From contig CAVYGB010000008.1 in assembly GCA_963767925.1 (NCBI GenBank), positions 2,528,001-2,592,000 on the forward strand: DNA of 64,000 nt, given 5' to 3'. Shown here piece by piece: positions 1-13,471 of the stretch (within the stretch, counting starts at the first letter, position 1; every line of letters begins with the position of its first letter). The notes beneath the pieces are model-generated. The model was not told the DNA's origin and ran no database searches. It worked only from the letters and a program-made list of their open reading frames with translations. Made by a program: the position numbers and the translations under genes. The stretch comes from an uncultured delta proteobacterium. GTDB taxonomy: Bacteria; Myxococcota_A; Polyangia; Fen-1088.

Positions 1-130
1 CGAATACGTCAACGAGGAGCCCTACGACGGCGGCTGGATGATCCAGATCGAGCTGTCGAACCTCGAGGAAACCAAGAAGCTCATGGACGCGACGGCCTAC
101 GAGGCCTTCGTCAACGACCAGGAGACCTAG
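1..130 (+). CDS. gcvH: Glycine cleavage system H protein, 3' end (partial, runs off window)
   Basis: Frame from nt 2 reads EYVNEEPYDGGWMIQIELSNLEETKKLMDATAYEAFVNDQET-stop (TAG 128-130), matching the GcvH C-terminal 'VNxxPYxxGW...LMDAxxY' pattern; lies directly upstream of gcvP. Confidence 0.9.
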   Translation, partial: EYVNEEPYDGGWMIQIELSNLEETKKLMDATAYEAFVNDQET

Positions 131-145
131 GAGCAGCGCCGGACC

Positions 146-3013
<2,868 letters not shown>

Positions 3014-3017
3014 GCCC

Positions 3018-4334
3018 TTGGCGAGCACGCAGCTCACCTTCTCGTCGCGAGAGCAGCACCGGGCCTGGCTGGCGGCCGAGGCGGCCCTGCCCCGCGGCTT
3101 CCGGGTCGGCACCGCCGCCTTCGCCTTCGTTCCCGCCGAGGCGGCCAAGCCGGCCCGGATGACGCTGACCCTGCTGGCGCTGGACCGGGCGACGCCGGAC
3201 TTCGCGGCCGTGTTCACCCGCAACGCCGTGGTGGGCGCCCCCGTGCAGATCGGCCGGCGCCGCCTGGCCGAGCCGGCGCTGCGGGCGGTGGTTGTGAACA
3301 ACAAGATCTCCAACGTGGGGGCGCCCGACGGGGTGGCCAGCGCGGAGCGGATCTGCGCGGCGGTGTCCCAGGGGCTGGGCGGCAAGCCCGAGGAGATCTT
3401 GCCCGCCTCGACTGGCGTGATCGGCTGGCGCCTGCCGCTCGAGCCCATGCTGGCTGCTGTCCCCGACGCGGTCCGGGCGCTGTCCCCCGTCTCGGCCCTG
3501 CCCGCGGCAGAGGGGATCATGACCACCGACCTCTATCCCAAGGTGCGGCGCGCTCAGGTCGGCGGGGGCAGCATCGTCGGCCTGGCCAAGGGGGCCGGCA
3601 TGATCGAGCCGAGCTGCGCCACCATGCTCGTCTACCTGCTGACCGACCTGGCGGTGCCGCGGGGCGAGCTGCGGGAGCTGCTCCCGGCCATCGTCGATCG
3701 GACCTTCAACCGGGTCAGCATCGACAGCGATACCAGCACCTCCGACACGGTCGCCCTGCTTGCCTCGGGGGCCGTCCCGGCGCCCGACCGGACGGCGTTC
3801 GCCCGGGCCCTCGAGACGGTCTGCGCCGACCTGGCCGAGGACCTGGTGCGCAACGGCGAGGGCGTGCACCATGTGCTGCGGGTGCGGGTGGCCGGCGCGC
3901 CCTCGGAGGCGGTGGCCCGCGCCATCGGCAAGAGCGTCGTCAACTCGCCCCTCGTCAAGAGCGCCATCTGCGGCAACGACGCCAACGTCGGGCGCCTCCT
4001 GGCCGCCATCGGCAAGCCGGCGGGCGGCGTCACGCCCGCCATCGATCCCGGGCGCCTGGCGGTGTCCATCGCCGGGCACCAGGTGTTCGCCGGCGGGACG
4101 TTCCAGCTCTCGCGGGACAAGGAGGCGGCCTTGACCGCCCACCTGCGCGAGACCGAGCTCTACGCCAGCGCGCCGCCGGCCGGCACCGTGTTCAAGCCGA
4201 CGGTCGACTACCCGCCCCACGAACGTTCGGTCGAGATCGCCATCGACCTCGGCGCCGGCAACGCCAGCTCCGAGGTCCTGGGCGCCGATCTCAGCCACGA
4301 ATACGTCAGCGAAAACGCTGACTACAGGTCTTAG
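3018..4334 (+). CDS. argJ: Bifunctional ornithine acetyltransferase/N-acetylglutamate synthase (ArgJ family)
   Basis: Motifs STGVIG, IMTTD, KGAGMIxPxxATML, DSDTSTSD, DLVRNGEG, SPLVKSA, and C-terminal DLSHEYVSENADYRS; TTG start 4 nt after the gcvP stop. Confidence 0.92.
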   Translation: MASTQLTFSSREQHRAWLAAEAALPRGFRVGTAAFAFVPAEAAKPARMTLTLLALDRATPDFAAVFTRNAVVGAPVQIGRRRLAEPALRAVVVNNKISNVGAPDGVASAERICAAVSQGLGGKPEEILPASTGVIGWRLPLEPMLAAVPDAVRALSPVSALPAAEGIMTTDLYPKVRRAQVGGGSIVGLAKGAGMIEPSCATMLVYLLTDLAVPRGELRELLPAIVDRTFNRVSIDSDTSTSDTVALLASGAVPAPDRTAFARALETVCADLAEDLVRNGEGVHHVLRVRVAGAPSEAVARAIGKSVVNSPLVKSAICGNDANVGRLLAAIGKPAGGVTPAIDPGRLAVSIAGHQVFAGGTFQLSRDKEAALTAHLRETELYASAPPAGTVFKPTVDYPPHERSVEIAIDLGAGNASSEVLGADLSHEYVSENADYRS

Positions 4335-4338
4335 TACG

Positions 4339-4538
4339 CGGGACCCTCAAAGGGTCCCGCACCCCCCGCGAAGCTTCGCGCCGAGCAAGCTCGGCGGCTC
4401 CGCACGCGATTCTGTTCTGTTCGGGACCCTCAAAGGGTCCCGCACCCCCCGCGAAGCTTCGCGCCGAGCAAGCTCGGCGGCTCCGCACGCGATCTGTTCG
4501 GGACCCTCAAAGGGTCCCGAGCCCCCCGCGAAGCTCGG
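4339..4538. repeat. Tandem palindromic intergenic repeat (REP/BIME-like): 2 full units plus 1 partial
   Basis: Units start at 4339, 4422 and 4499 (periods 83 and 77 nt). Each full unit contains the CGGGACCCT-CAA-AGGGTCCCG hairpin, the perfect palindrome CGCGAAGCTTCGCG and the GCCGAGC-AA-GCTCGGC hairpin. The array fills the gap between convergent genes. Confidence 0.9.
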
Positions 4539-5702
4539 CTACATGGAGTTGTAGCGGAAGATCTTGAAGCGGGGGGCGCCGCTGATCTCGAAGTAGAAGC
4601 CGAAGCGGAAGTCGATCATGCCGGAGGAGGCGTCGACGAGCTGGGGCGGGGGGTTGGGGAAGGGCTGGGCCTGCTTGAAGGCCTCGATGGCCTCGTCATC
4701 GAGGAACTCGACGCCCGAGGGGGTCTCGAGCACCACGTTGGCCAGCGATCCGTCGGGCTTGAGCTGGACCCGCAGGAGGGTGTAGCGGTCCTTGTTCCCG
4801 TAGATCGACCCGGTGGGATCGCGCCGGCGGTACACGTCGGCCGGCCGCCAGTGCTCGCGAACCTGGGATTTGACGCGGTTGAAGAAGGAGGCGAACTTCC
4901 ACTTCTTCGCGTTGAGGGCGGTCTCGTCGCCCTCGTCGATGTCCTTGAGATGATCCTGGGTCCCGCTGCCGATCGCCCGCGCGAGCTGATGCTGCGAGGG
5001 GGTCAACGAGGGGGCCGCGCCCGGCGGCACCCGCGGCGCGCCGCTGGGCGGAGCCGGCGCCGCCACCGGGGGCGTCTCGGCGGTCGCGCCGCCCTGGGGC
5101 AGAGCCCCGTCCGGGTCAGCCGGGACCGGTGGCCCCTGCTCACCCGGGCTGGCGGGAACCGGCGGCCGGGGCTCGGGGGCGGCCGGCGGCGCGGGGCGGG
5201 AGGGTTTCCCCTCCGGAGCACGCATCGCTTGCGCGCCCGGGGGCGGGCTGGGCGCCGCGGCCGGTCTCGACTCCTCGGCGTCGCCGGTCGCGTCGCCCTG
5301 GCGGGAGCGCTGGTCGAAGCGGCCGAACTTGCGGGTCTCCTTGGCGACCTTGGAGTCGTACTCCGAAGCGAACTTGGCGTCGTCCGGCCGCTGCTCCTCG
5401 GCAGGCTTGGGGAGGTCGACCACCTGGCCAGGCGATTGCTTGGTCTCCTGCTCCTTCTTCTCCTCCTCCTTCTTTGCCTCCTCGTCGGCCTTGTCGAGCT
5501 CGGCAAGCATCTTCCGGGCGGTCTCGTCGTCGACCGTCGAGATCTCGATGCTCTCCCCCATGGCCGCCAGGTCGGCGTTGCGGGGCGCGTAGAAGTACAG
5601 ACTCACGCCGACGACCAACAGGCCTTCGGCATGAATCACGAGAGCGAGGAGAAGCCAGAATCCTAGCCGTCTACCCCGGTTTTTTTGCCGCGTGGAAGCC
5701 AT
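4539..5702 (-). CDS. TonB-family protein (N-terminal TM helix, charged/Pro-rich linker, TonB C-terminal domain)
   Basis: Hydrophobic FWLLLALVIHAEGLLVVGVSLYF, then a Pro-rich linker, then C-terminal 'LKPDGSLANVVLETPSGVEFLDDEAIEAFKQAQPFPNPP'. Start chosen at ATG 5702 (the ORF extends to 5723). Confidence 0.85.
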   Translation of the reverse strand: MASTRQKNRGRRLGFWLLLALVIHAEGLLVVGVSLYFYAPRNADLAAMGESIEISTVDDETARKMLAELDKADEEAKKEEEKKEQETKQSPGQVVDLPKPAEEQRPDDAKFASEYDSKVAKETRKFGRFDQRSRQGDATGDAEESRPAAAPSPPPGAQAMRAPEGKPSRPAPPAAPEPRPPVPASPGEQGPPVPADPDGALPQGGATAETPPVAAPAPPSGAPRVPPGAAPSLTPSQHQLARAIGSGTQDHLKDIDEGDETALNAKKWKFASFFNRVKSQVREHWRPADVYRRRDPTGSIYGNKDRYTLLRVQLKPDGSLANVVLETPSGVEFLDDEAIEAFKQAQPFPNPPPQLVDASSGMIDFRFGFYFEISGAPRFKIFRYNSM

Positions 5703-5828
5703 GCTGGGCGAAGGGCCGGTCACATTAGTTTAGCGGTATTTTTCCCGAGGCAAGCACACTTTCGCCGCCCAAAGCAGAGCCGCGCTGCCCGGACAGGCCG
5801 GGACCGCAACGCGGGGTGATACCCACCT

Positions 5829-7103
5829 TCAACGGATGATCGGGTTCTCGAAGGGCACGCGCATGCGGACCCGCAGGCGCTGGGAGAGCTGAGGAAACGG
5901 GGCCGCACGCCGCACGACCTCCAGCGCTTCGCGGTCGAACTCCTCGAATCCGGCCGACTTGAGGAGCTGCACATCTCCCCACACCCGGCCGTCCCGCTCC
6001 ACCATGAACTGGACGATGGCCTCCCCCTGCTCGAGCAGCAGCGCGAGCCGCTTGGGAAACCGGAGCACGCGCGCGACCCGCCGGCGAATCTCGAGGTACT
6101 CGCGCGAAAATTGCCGCTCGCTGGTCCCCTCGCCGAGATCGCCGATCGGCGCGGGGCGAGGGCTCGGCCAGCCGTCGGTGGTTGTGGCGTTACCGGGCGT
6201 GCTCGCGCGCGACAGCCCGGGGGTTGGCGCAGGGCCGTTTCCGAGCAGCCCGTCCTCCGGTCCGCGGGTGGCCAGCGTCGTGTAGTCGATCATGCCGGGG
6301 TCGGTCTCGTTCGAGGCAGCCCGGCTGGCCACGTCCTCTCGCAGCGGGCCGGGCGTGATCTGGTCGAAGAGCCGCCGCCCCTGCTCGGCGTCGAGCGGGC
6401 CCTGCCCCCGAACGATCTGCAGGCCCACCGTCTCGGGCACGCGGGTCTCGCTGGCCAGCGGCGGCGCCACCTCGGCGTGGTCCTCGGAGGCGGTGGGCAG
6501 ATCCGCCGCCGGAGCGGCCTGCGTCGGTTCGGGCTGGGCGTTGCGGAGGCTGTCGCCGATCCCCACCTTTGGCTCCTGTCGGATCGCCTGGGGCGAGGAG
6601 GCGGTGTGGCTGGTGGCCTGGCTGGCCGGCTGGTAGTGGTCCGAGCCGTCGGTCAGCCGCGCGCGCAGCGTCGACTCATCGGGCCGCCATGCCGCCGGCA
6701 GACGGCGGCCCGCGCCGGGTCCCGTATCCGGCATCGGCCGGACACGCTCGCGCGGGAGGCCAGCCACTGGAGCCGCGGGGCGTGGATCCAGGTTGACCTG
6801 GTCGGCGGGAGGCAGGTCGGTGGCGGCGGGCGGAGGGTCCAGGGCGAGGAGGTCTTCGGGGACCGTACCGAGCCAGGTGGCGGGCAGGTCGTCGGCGTCC
6901 GGCTCCGGGCTGGCCACCAGATCGGGATAGCCGGGGCCGCGCTCGCGATCCCGGGTCGCCAGCGAGGTCAGGACGATGAGGGCGGCCAGGTGCAGGGCCA
7001 TCGCCCAGGCCGCCGCGCGCAAAACCGGCGGCACGCGATGCGGTCGTCGTCGTGATCTCGGCTCGGCAGCGGCCTCTGGATCCGGTGCCTTTCTTGAACC
7101 CAC
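5829..7103 (-). CDS. TonB-family protein (TM helix, long low-complexity linker, TonB C-terminal domain)
   Basis: TM segment WAMALHLAALIVLTSL; C-terminal 'FPKRLALLLEQGEAIVQFMVERDGRV...SAGFEEFDREALEVVRRAAPFP'. Start uncertain; GTG 7103 chosen to avoid overlapping ttcA. Confidence 0.75.
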   Translation of the reverse strand: MGSRKAPDPEAAAEPRSRRRPHRVPPVLRAAAWAMALHLAALIVLTSLATRDRERGPGYPDLVASPEPDADDLPATWLGTVPEDLLALDPPPAATDLPPADQVNLDPRPAAPVAGLPRERVRPMPDTGPGAGRRLPAAWRPDESTLRARLTDGSDHYQPASQATSHTASSPQAIRQEPKVGIGDSLRNAQPEPTQAAPAADLPTASEDHAEVAPPLASETRVPETVGLQIVRGQGPLDAEQGRRLFDQITPGPLREDVASRAASNETDPGMIDYTTLATRGPEDGLLGNGPAPTPGLSRASTPGNATTTDGWPSPRPAPIGDLGEGTSERQFSREYLEIRRRVARVLRFPKRLALLLEQGEAIVQFMVERDGRVWGDVQLLKSAGFEEFDREALEVVRRAAPFPQLSQRLRVRMRVPFENPIIR

Positions 7104-7134
7104 GTTGAGCCCGGAAGAGTACCATGTCGGGCTC

Positions 7135-8040
7135 ATGATTCCGGGTTTACCCGAAGCCGCTCTCCCCCAGGAATCTGCGGCAAAGTCCGATCCTGACGCG
7201 CTCGAGCGGCTGCTCCTCCGCAGCGTCGGCCGCGCCATCGCCGATCACGCGCTCATCGAGGCGGGCGACCGGATCCTGGTGGCGGTTTCGGGTGGAAAAG
7301 ACAGCTACACGCTGCTCACCCTGCTGATCGCCCTTGCCCGCCGGGCGCCGATCCCGTTCGAGCTGGTGGCGGTGCATCTCGACCAGGGTCATCCGGGCTA
7401 CGACGGCGAGCCGCTGCGCCGCTTCCTCGAGCAGAGCGGCGTCGAGCACCGCATCGTCCACGAGGACACCTACTCCATCGTCACCGACAAGATCCCCGAG
7501 GGGAAGACCTACTGCTCGCTCTGCGCCCGCCTCCGGCGCGGGATCCTGTACCGGGTGGCCAGCGAGATCGGCTGCAACAAGATCGCCCTCGGGCACCACC
7601 GCGACGACGCCCTCGAGACGCTGCTCCTGAACCTGTTCTTCGGGGGCAAGCTGGCGGCGATGCCGGCCCGCCTGGTCAGCGATGACAAGGCCCACGTCGT
7701 CATCCGCCCGCTCATCACCTGCGCCGAGAAGACCATCGCCCGCTTCGCCGAGGCGCGCCGCTTCCCCATCCTCCCCTGCAATCTCTGCGGCTCGCAGAGC
7801 GAGGCCCAGCGCAAGCAGATGAAGGCGCTGCTCGATCGCCTCGAGGCGGCCCATCCCCACCTGCGCAGCACCATGCTGGCGGCGCTGGGCAACGTGAACC
7901 CCTCGCATCTGCTGGACCGCCGGCTGGCGGCCCTGGCAGCGGGCGAGCCGACCGCCGCCGCCGCTACGGCGCAGACGACGGCGCCGGGCAGCGCGGAGGG
8001 CCTGTTGCCCGCCGGCCGCCTCCTCGGACGTAGCGGCTAG
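7135..8040 (+). CDS. ttcA: tRNA 2-thiocytidine(32) synthetase
   Basis: PP-loop SGGKDS, CSLC..LRRGILY, KIALGHHRDD, VIRPL and PCNLCGSQ motifs; ATG 7135 is the plausible start. Confidence 0.95.
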   Translation: MIPGLPEAALPQESAAKSDPDALERLLLRSVGRAIADHALIEAGDRILVAVSGGKDSYTLLTLLIALARRAPIPFELVAVHLDQGHPGYDGEPLRRFLEQSGVEHRIVHEDTYSIVTDKIPEGKTYCSLCARLRRGILYRVASEIGCNKIALGHHRDDALETLLLNLFFGGKLAAMPARLVSDDKAHVVIRPLITCAEKTIARFAEARRFPILPCNLCGSQSEAQRKQMKALLDRLEAAHPHLRSTMLAALGNVNPSHLLDRRLAALAAGEPTAAAATAQTTAPGSAEGLLPAGRLLGRSG

Positions 8041-8047
8041 CCGCGCC

Positions 8048-10503
<2,456 letters not shown>

Positions 10504-10580
10504 GCCGTGCCATTAGACACTGTTCTTGCCGTCCATTGAAAGAGCCATCGCAAGCCGCCGGGGGCCATTGGTGGCGCTTC

Positions 10581-10608
10581 TTGACGGTCGGTTTTTCGTT
10601 ACTACTCT
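10581..10608 (+). promoter_or_regulatory. Putative sigma70-type promoter for the Spy/CpxP-like-htrA operon
   Basis: TTGACG (10581-10586), 16-nt T-rich spacer, TACTCT (10603-10608) in an otherwise GC-rich background. Confidence 0.5.
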
Positions 10609-10690
10609 AGAAGGACGGCGTGAGGCATGGTGCCCACGCCCATAAATCCCCGCCGGGTGCGATGAGCCCCTGCGAGAAGGAGAAAGAACG

Positions 10691-11194
10691 ATGCATCCAG
10701 CATTGGTGTCGTGGTGGCACGCTCAGCGTGCCGGTATGCGCTCCCCCTACAGCTGCGGCGGCCCCGGCGGCTGGCGCGGGCCGGGCTGGTCGCCCGGAGA
10801 GGGCTTCGAGGGCGGAGGTGGCGGTGGCGGCGGCGACTTCGGTGACGGAGGCGGCGGCTTCGGCGTCCGGCGCCCGCTGCGCTTTCTGGCCTACAAGCTC
10901 GAGCTCGACGAGCGGCAGGTGGCGGAGCTGGCCCGGGTGCTCGACGAGCTGAAGACGGAGCGGGCGCAGGCGGAGGTCGATCGCCGTCGCAGCGTGGCGG
11001 CCCTCGCCGACGCCGTGGCCGGACCGGCCTTCGATCCGGGCAAGGGACAGGAGGGGGGAGCGCTCCGGGTGGCGAGCGCCGAGCGGCTGCGCGACGCCGT
11101 GCTCAAGGCCCTGCAACAGATCCACGCCCTCCTCGACGACGAGCAGCGGAAGAAGCTGGCCTACCTCATCCGCACCGGCACCCTGGTGATCTGA
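10691..11194 (+). CDS. Spy/CpxP-like helical chaperone/adaptor protein (no obvious signal peptide)
   Basis: Gly-rich N-region, then KLELDERQVAEL and IHALLDDEQRKKL (two LTxxQ-like motifs); SD AGGAG upstream; stop overlaps the htrA start (TGATG). Confidence 0.65.
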   Translation: MHPALVSWWHAQRAGMRSPYSCGGPGGWRGPGWSPGEGFEGGGGGGGGDFGDGGGGFGVRRPLRFLAYKLELDERQVAELARVLDELKTERAQAEVDRRRSVAALADAVAGPAFDPGKGQEGGALRVASAERLRDAVLKALQQIHALLDDEQRKKLAYLIRTGTLVI

Positions 11195-12204
11195 TGAACG
11201 CTCTCGCTCGCAATCCGCGACCGGACGACGACACGGCGTTGCTCGACGCCTACTCGCGGGCGGTGGTGGAGGTGGCCGAGACGGTGAGCCCTTCGGTGGT
11301 GCGCATCGAAGCGGAGTTGCCGTCGCGGCCCGGGCGAGGGCGGAGCCCTGCCCCTGCCCCGGAGCAGACGCCCCGGGGCAGCGGGTCGGGTTTCGTCTTC
11401 ACGCCGGACGGGTACATCCTCACCAACAGCCACGTGGTGAGCGGGGCCCGCCGGCTCGACGTCTCCCTCAACGACGGCACGCGGCTGGCGGCCAGCCTGG
11501 TGGGCGACGATCCCCACACCGACCTGGCGGTGATCCGGGTGACCGCGCCCGATCTGGTGCCGGCCCGGCTGGGCGACTCCAGCGCGCTGCGGGTCGGACA
11601 GCTCGTCGTCGCGATCGGCAACCCCTACGGCTTCGACTGCACGGTCACCGCCGGTGTCGTGAGCGCGCTCGGCCGCTCGCTGCGGTCGCAGTCGGGACGC
11701 CTGATCGACGACGTCGTCCAGACCGACGCCGCCCTAAACCCCGGCAACTCCGGGGGCCCGCTGGTCAACACCCACGGCGAGGTCATCGGCGTGAACACGG
11801 CGATGATCCGCCCGGCCCAGGGCCTCTGCTTCGCCGTCGCCATGCGCACGGTCAGCTTCGTGATGAGCCGGTTGATCCGGGACGGGCGCATCCGCCGCAG
11901 CTACATCGGGGTGGGCGGCCAGGACGTTCCCCTGCTGCGCAAGGTGGTGCGCTTCTTCGACCTGCCGGTGGAGAGCGGGGTGATGGTCGCTTCGGTGGAG
12001 GCCGATAGCCCCGGCGAGCGGGCAGACCTGCGGCCGGGCGACTTCGTGCTCCGCTTCGGCGCGAGCTGGATCAAGGGCATCGACGACCTGCACCGCCTGC
12101 TGACCGAGGAGCAGGTGGGCCAGCCGGTCGAGCTGGGCATCCTGCGCGGCACCCAGCTGCGCACCCTGACGCTGGTTCCGAGCGAGATCCCGCCCGCCCG
12201 CTGA
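11194..12204 (+). CDS. HtrA/DegP-family trypsin-like serine protease with one PDZ domain
   Basis: GSGSGFV, LTNSHVV (His), DLAVI (Asp), QTDAALNPGNSGGPL (Ser) and a C-terminal PDZ; no signal peptide visible. Confidence 0.95.
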   Translation: MNALARNPRPDDDTALLDAYSRAVVEVAETVSPSVVRIEAELPSRPGRGRSPAPAPEQTPRGSGSGFVFTPDGYILTNSHVVSGARRLDVSLNDGTRLAASLVGDDPHTDLAVIRVTAPDLVPARLGDSSALRVGQLVVAIGNPYGFDCTVTAGVVSALGRSLRSQSGRLIDDVVQTDAALNPGNSGGPLVNTHGEVIGVNTAMIRPAQGLCFAVAMRTVSFVMSRLIRDGRIRRSYIGVGGQDVPLLRKVVRFFDLPVESGVMVASVEADSPGERADLRPGDFVLRFGASWIKGIDDLHRLLTEEQVGQPVELGILRGTQLRTLTLVPSEIPPAR

Positions 12205-12331
12205 ACCCCGTCCCGGCCCCTCGGGGACCCTCCCGACGGTCCTGCGTCGCAGCGAGCAACGACCTTTTACCTCCCGGACATCGGCGCGCGTGGCCCGGAG
12301 GATCCATGGTTGATCCGGAAGGGGATCGGCC

Positions 12332-12664
12332 ATGTCGGTTGACAACTTGGATCTGGGACGGGATGGGCTTCCCATCGCGCTGTCGGTGGCGGGGACATCG
12401 ATCGGGGGCGCCAGCGCCGTCGCGGACGACATCGAGGGGGGACTGCGCTTCGAGGGGCTGGACGTGCTGGCCCGGGTCTTCTTCGCCGAGCGGGTGGGAC
12501 CGGGCGGACCGGGCGACGACATCACGGTCCAGGACGTCTGCGTCCGGGACCACAACCAGCACCGCACCATGCGAGCGCTCGAGGCCCGCGTGCGGCACTT
12601 TTCCGCGGGCACGGGCGATCTCGAGCTGGCCGCCGTCTTCGTGGACGCCCGCGAGCCACGCTGA
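12332..12664 (+). CDS. Hypothetical protein (110 aa)
   Basis: ATG preceded by GGAAGGGGA; GC3-biased codons; no motif recognised. Confidence 0.55.
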   Translation: MSVDNLDLGRDGLPIALSVAGTSIGGASAVADDIEGGLRFEGLDVLARVFFAERVGPGGPGDDITVQDVCVRDHNQHRTMRALEARVRHFSAGTGDLELAAVFVDAREPR

Positions 12665-12780
12665 GGCGGCCCTCCCGGTCATGGAAACGGTGCCATCCCG
12701 GCAGGCGGCTCGGGCACCGGGAACTCATGTAATCTGAAGCGCCCGTCGATGGTAACGGGCCGCAGCCGAAGGAGTGATCC

Positions 12781-13212
12781 ATGACGTGCGCGGACCGCTT
12801 GCCCATCGTTCTTGCCGCCCTGGCGTTGCCGCTGCTGGGGGCCGCCTGCGAGGGCGACTACGAACAGCCCGGACCGACGACAGCGGTGCTGAAGTTCTGC
12901 AACAACCGGCTGGGCGACGACAGCCGGCCGAGCGACATCACCCTCGAGGTCGGCTACCCGTCGGTCCGCCTCACCGCCCGCAGCGGGACCTGCGCGCCGG
13001 TTACCGGACAGGGGTGCCTGGCCATCCAGACCGGGGCGGCCGTCCCGGTGACGATGCGGGAGAATGGCCGCCAGCTCACCACCGAGCTGCTGGAGATCCG
13101 CAACGGCGATCAGTGGATCCTGGTGGCCTACCCCGAAGCGCCCATCCTCGACGGCGGTGAGCTGATCGAGGAGATGCCCTGCGCCGCCTTCGACTGGAAC
13201 AACCTGCAGTAG
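12781..13212 (+). CDS. Hypothetical lipoprotein
   Basis: SD AAGGAG; signal peptide ending LGAA-C; several Cys residues; coding-like codon usage. Confidence 0.7.
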   Translation: MTCADRLPIVLAALALPLLGAACEGDYEQPGPTTAVLKFCNNRLGDDSRPSDITLEVGYPSVRLTARSGTCAPVTGQGCLAIQTGAAVPVTMRENGRQLTTELLEIRNGDQWILVAYPEAPILDGGELIEEMPCAAFDWNNLQ

Positions 13213-13471
13213 CCTCCCGCCCGTCCCGGCGGCGCCCGACCTAACCTCCGGGCGACCTCGACTGTCTACTCCGGCGGGGTTGCTGCCGCGAGGCGTGAGC
13301 AGGTCGGGGTCGGGGTCGTGCGGGCATCCCGGCTGCTGGCGTGCGACGTGCTCTCTCCGCTTGCACCCGCCCGCCGTCGCCGGGATGCCCCACGACCTCG
13401 ACCCCGAGCGCGCCGGTCCCCGGGGGTGCGCTCGATTGGCACCGCCCGGGGGCGGGACACACCTTCCGCCC

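Noticed and set aside
4339..4538. Possible CRISPR array
   Set aside because: Units are contiguous near-identical repeats with no unique spacers, and there are no cas genes in the window.
12244..12254. GCGTCGCAGCG shared with the hairpin loop at 57928-57938
   Set aside because: An 11-nt GC-rich match is expected by chance in 64 kb of this composition.
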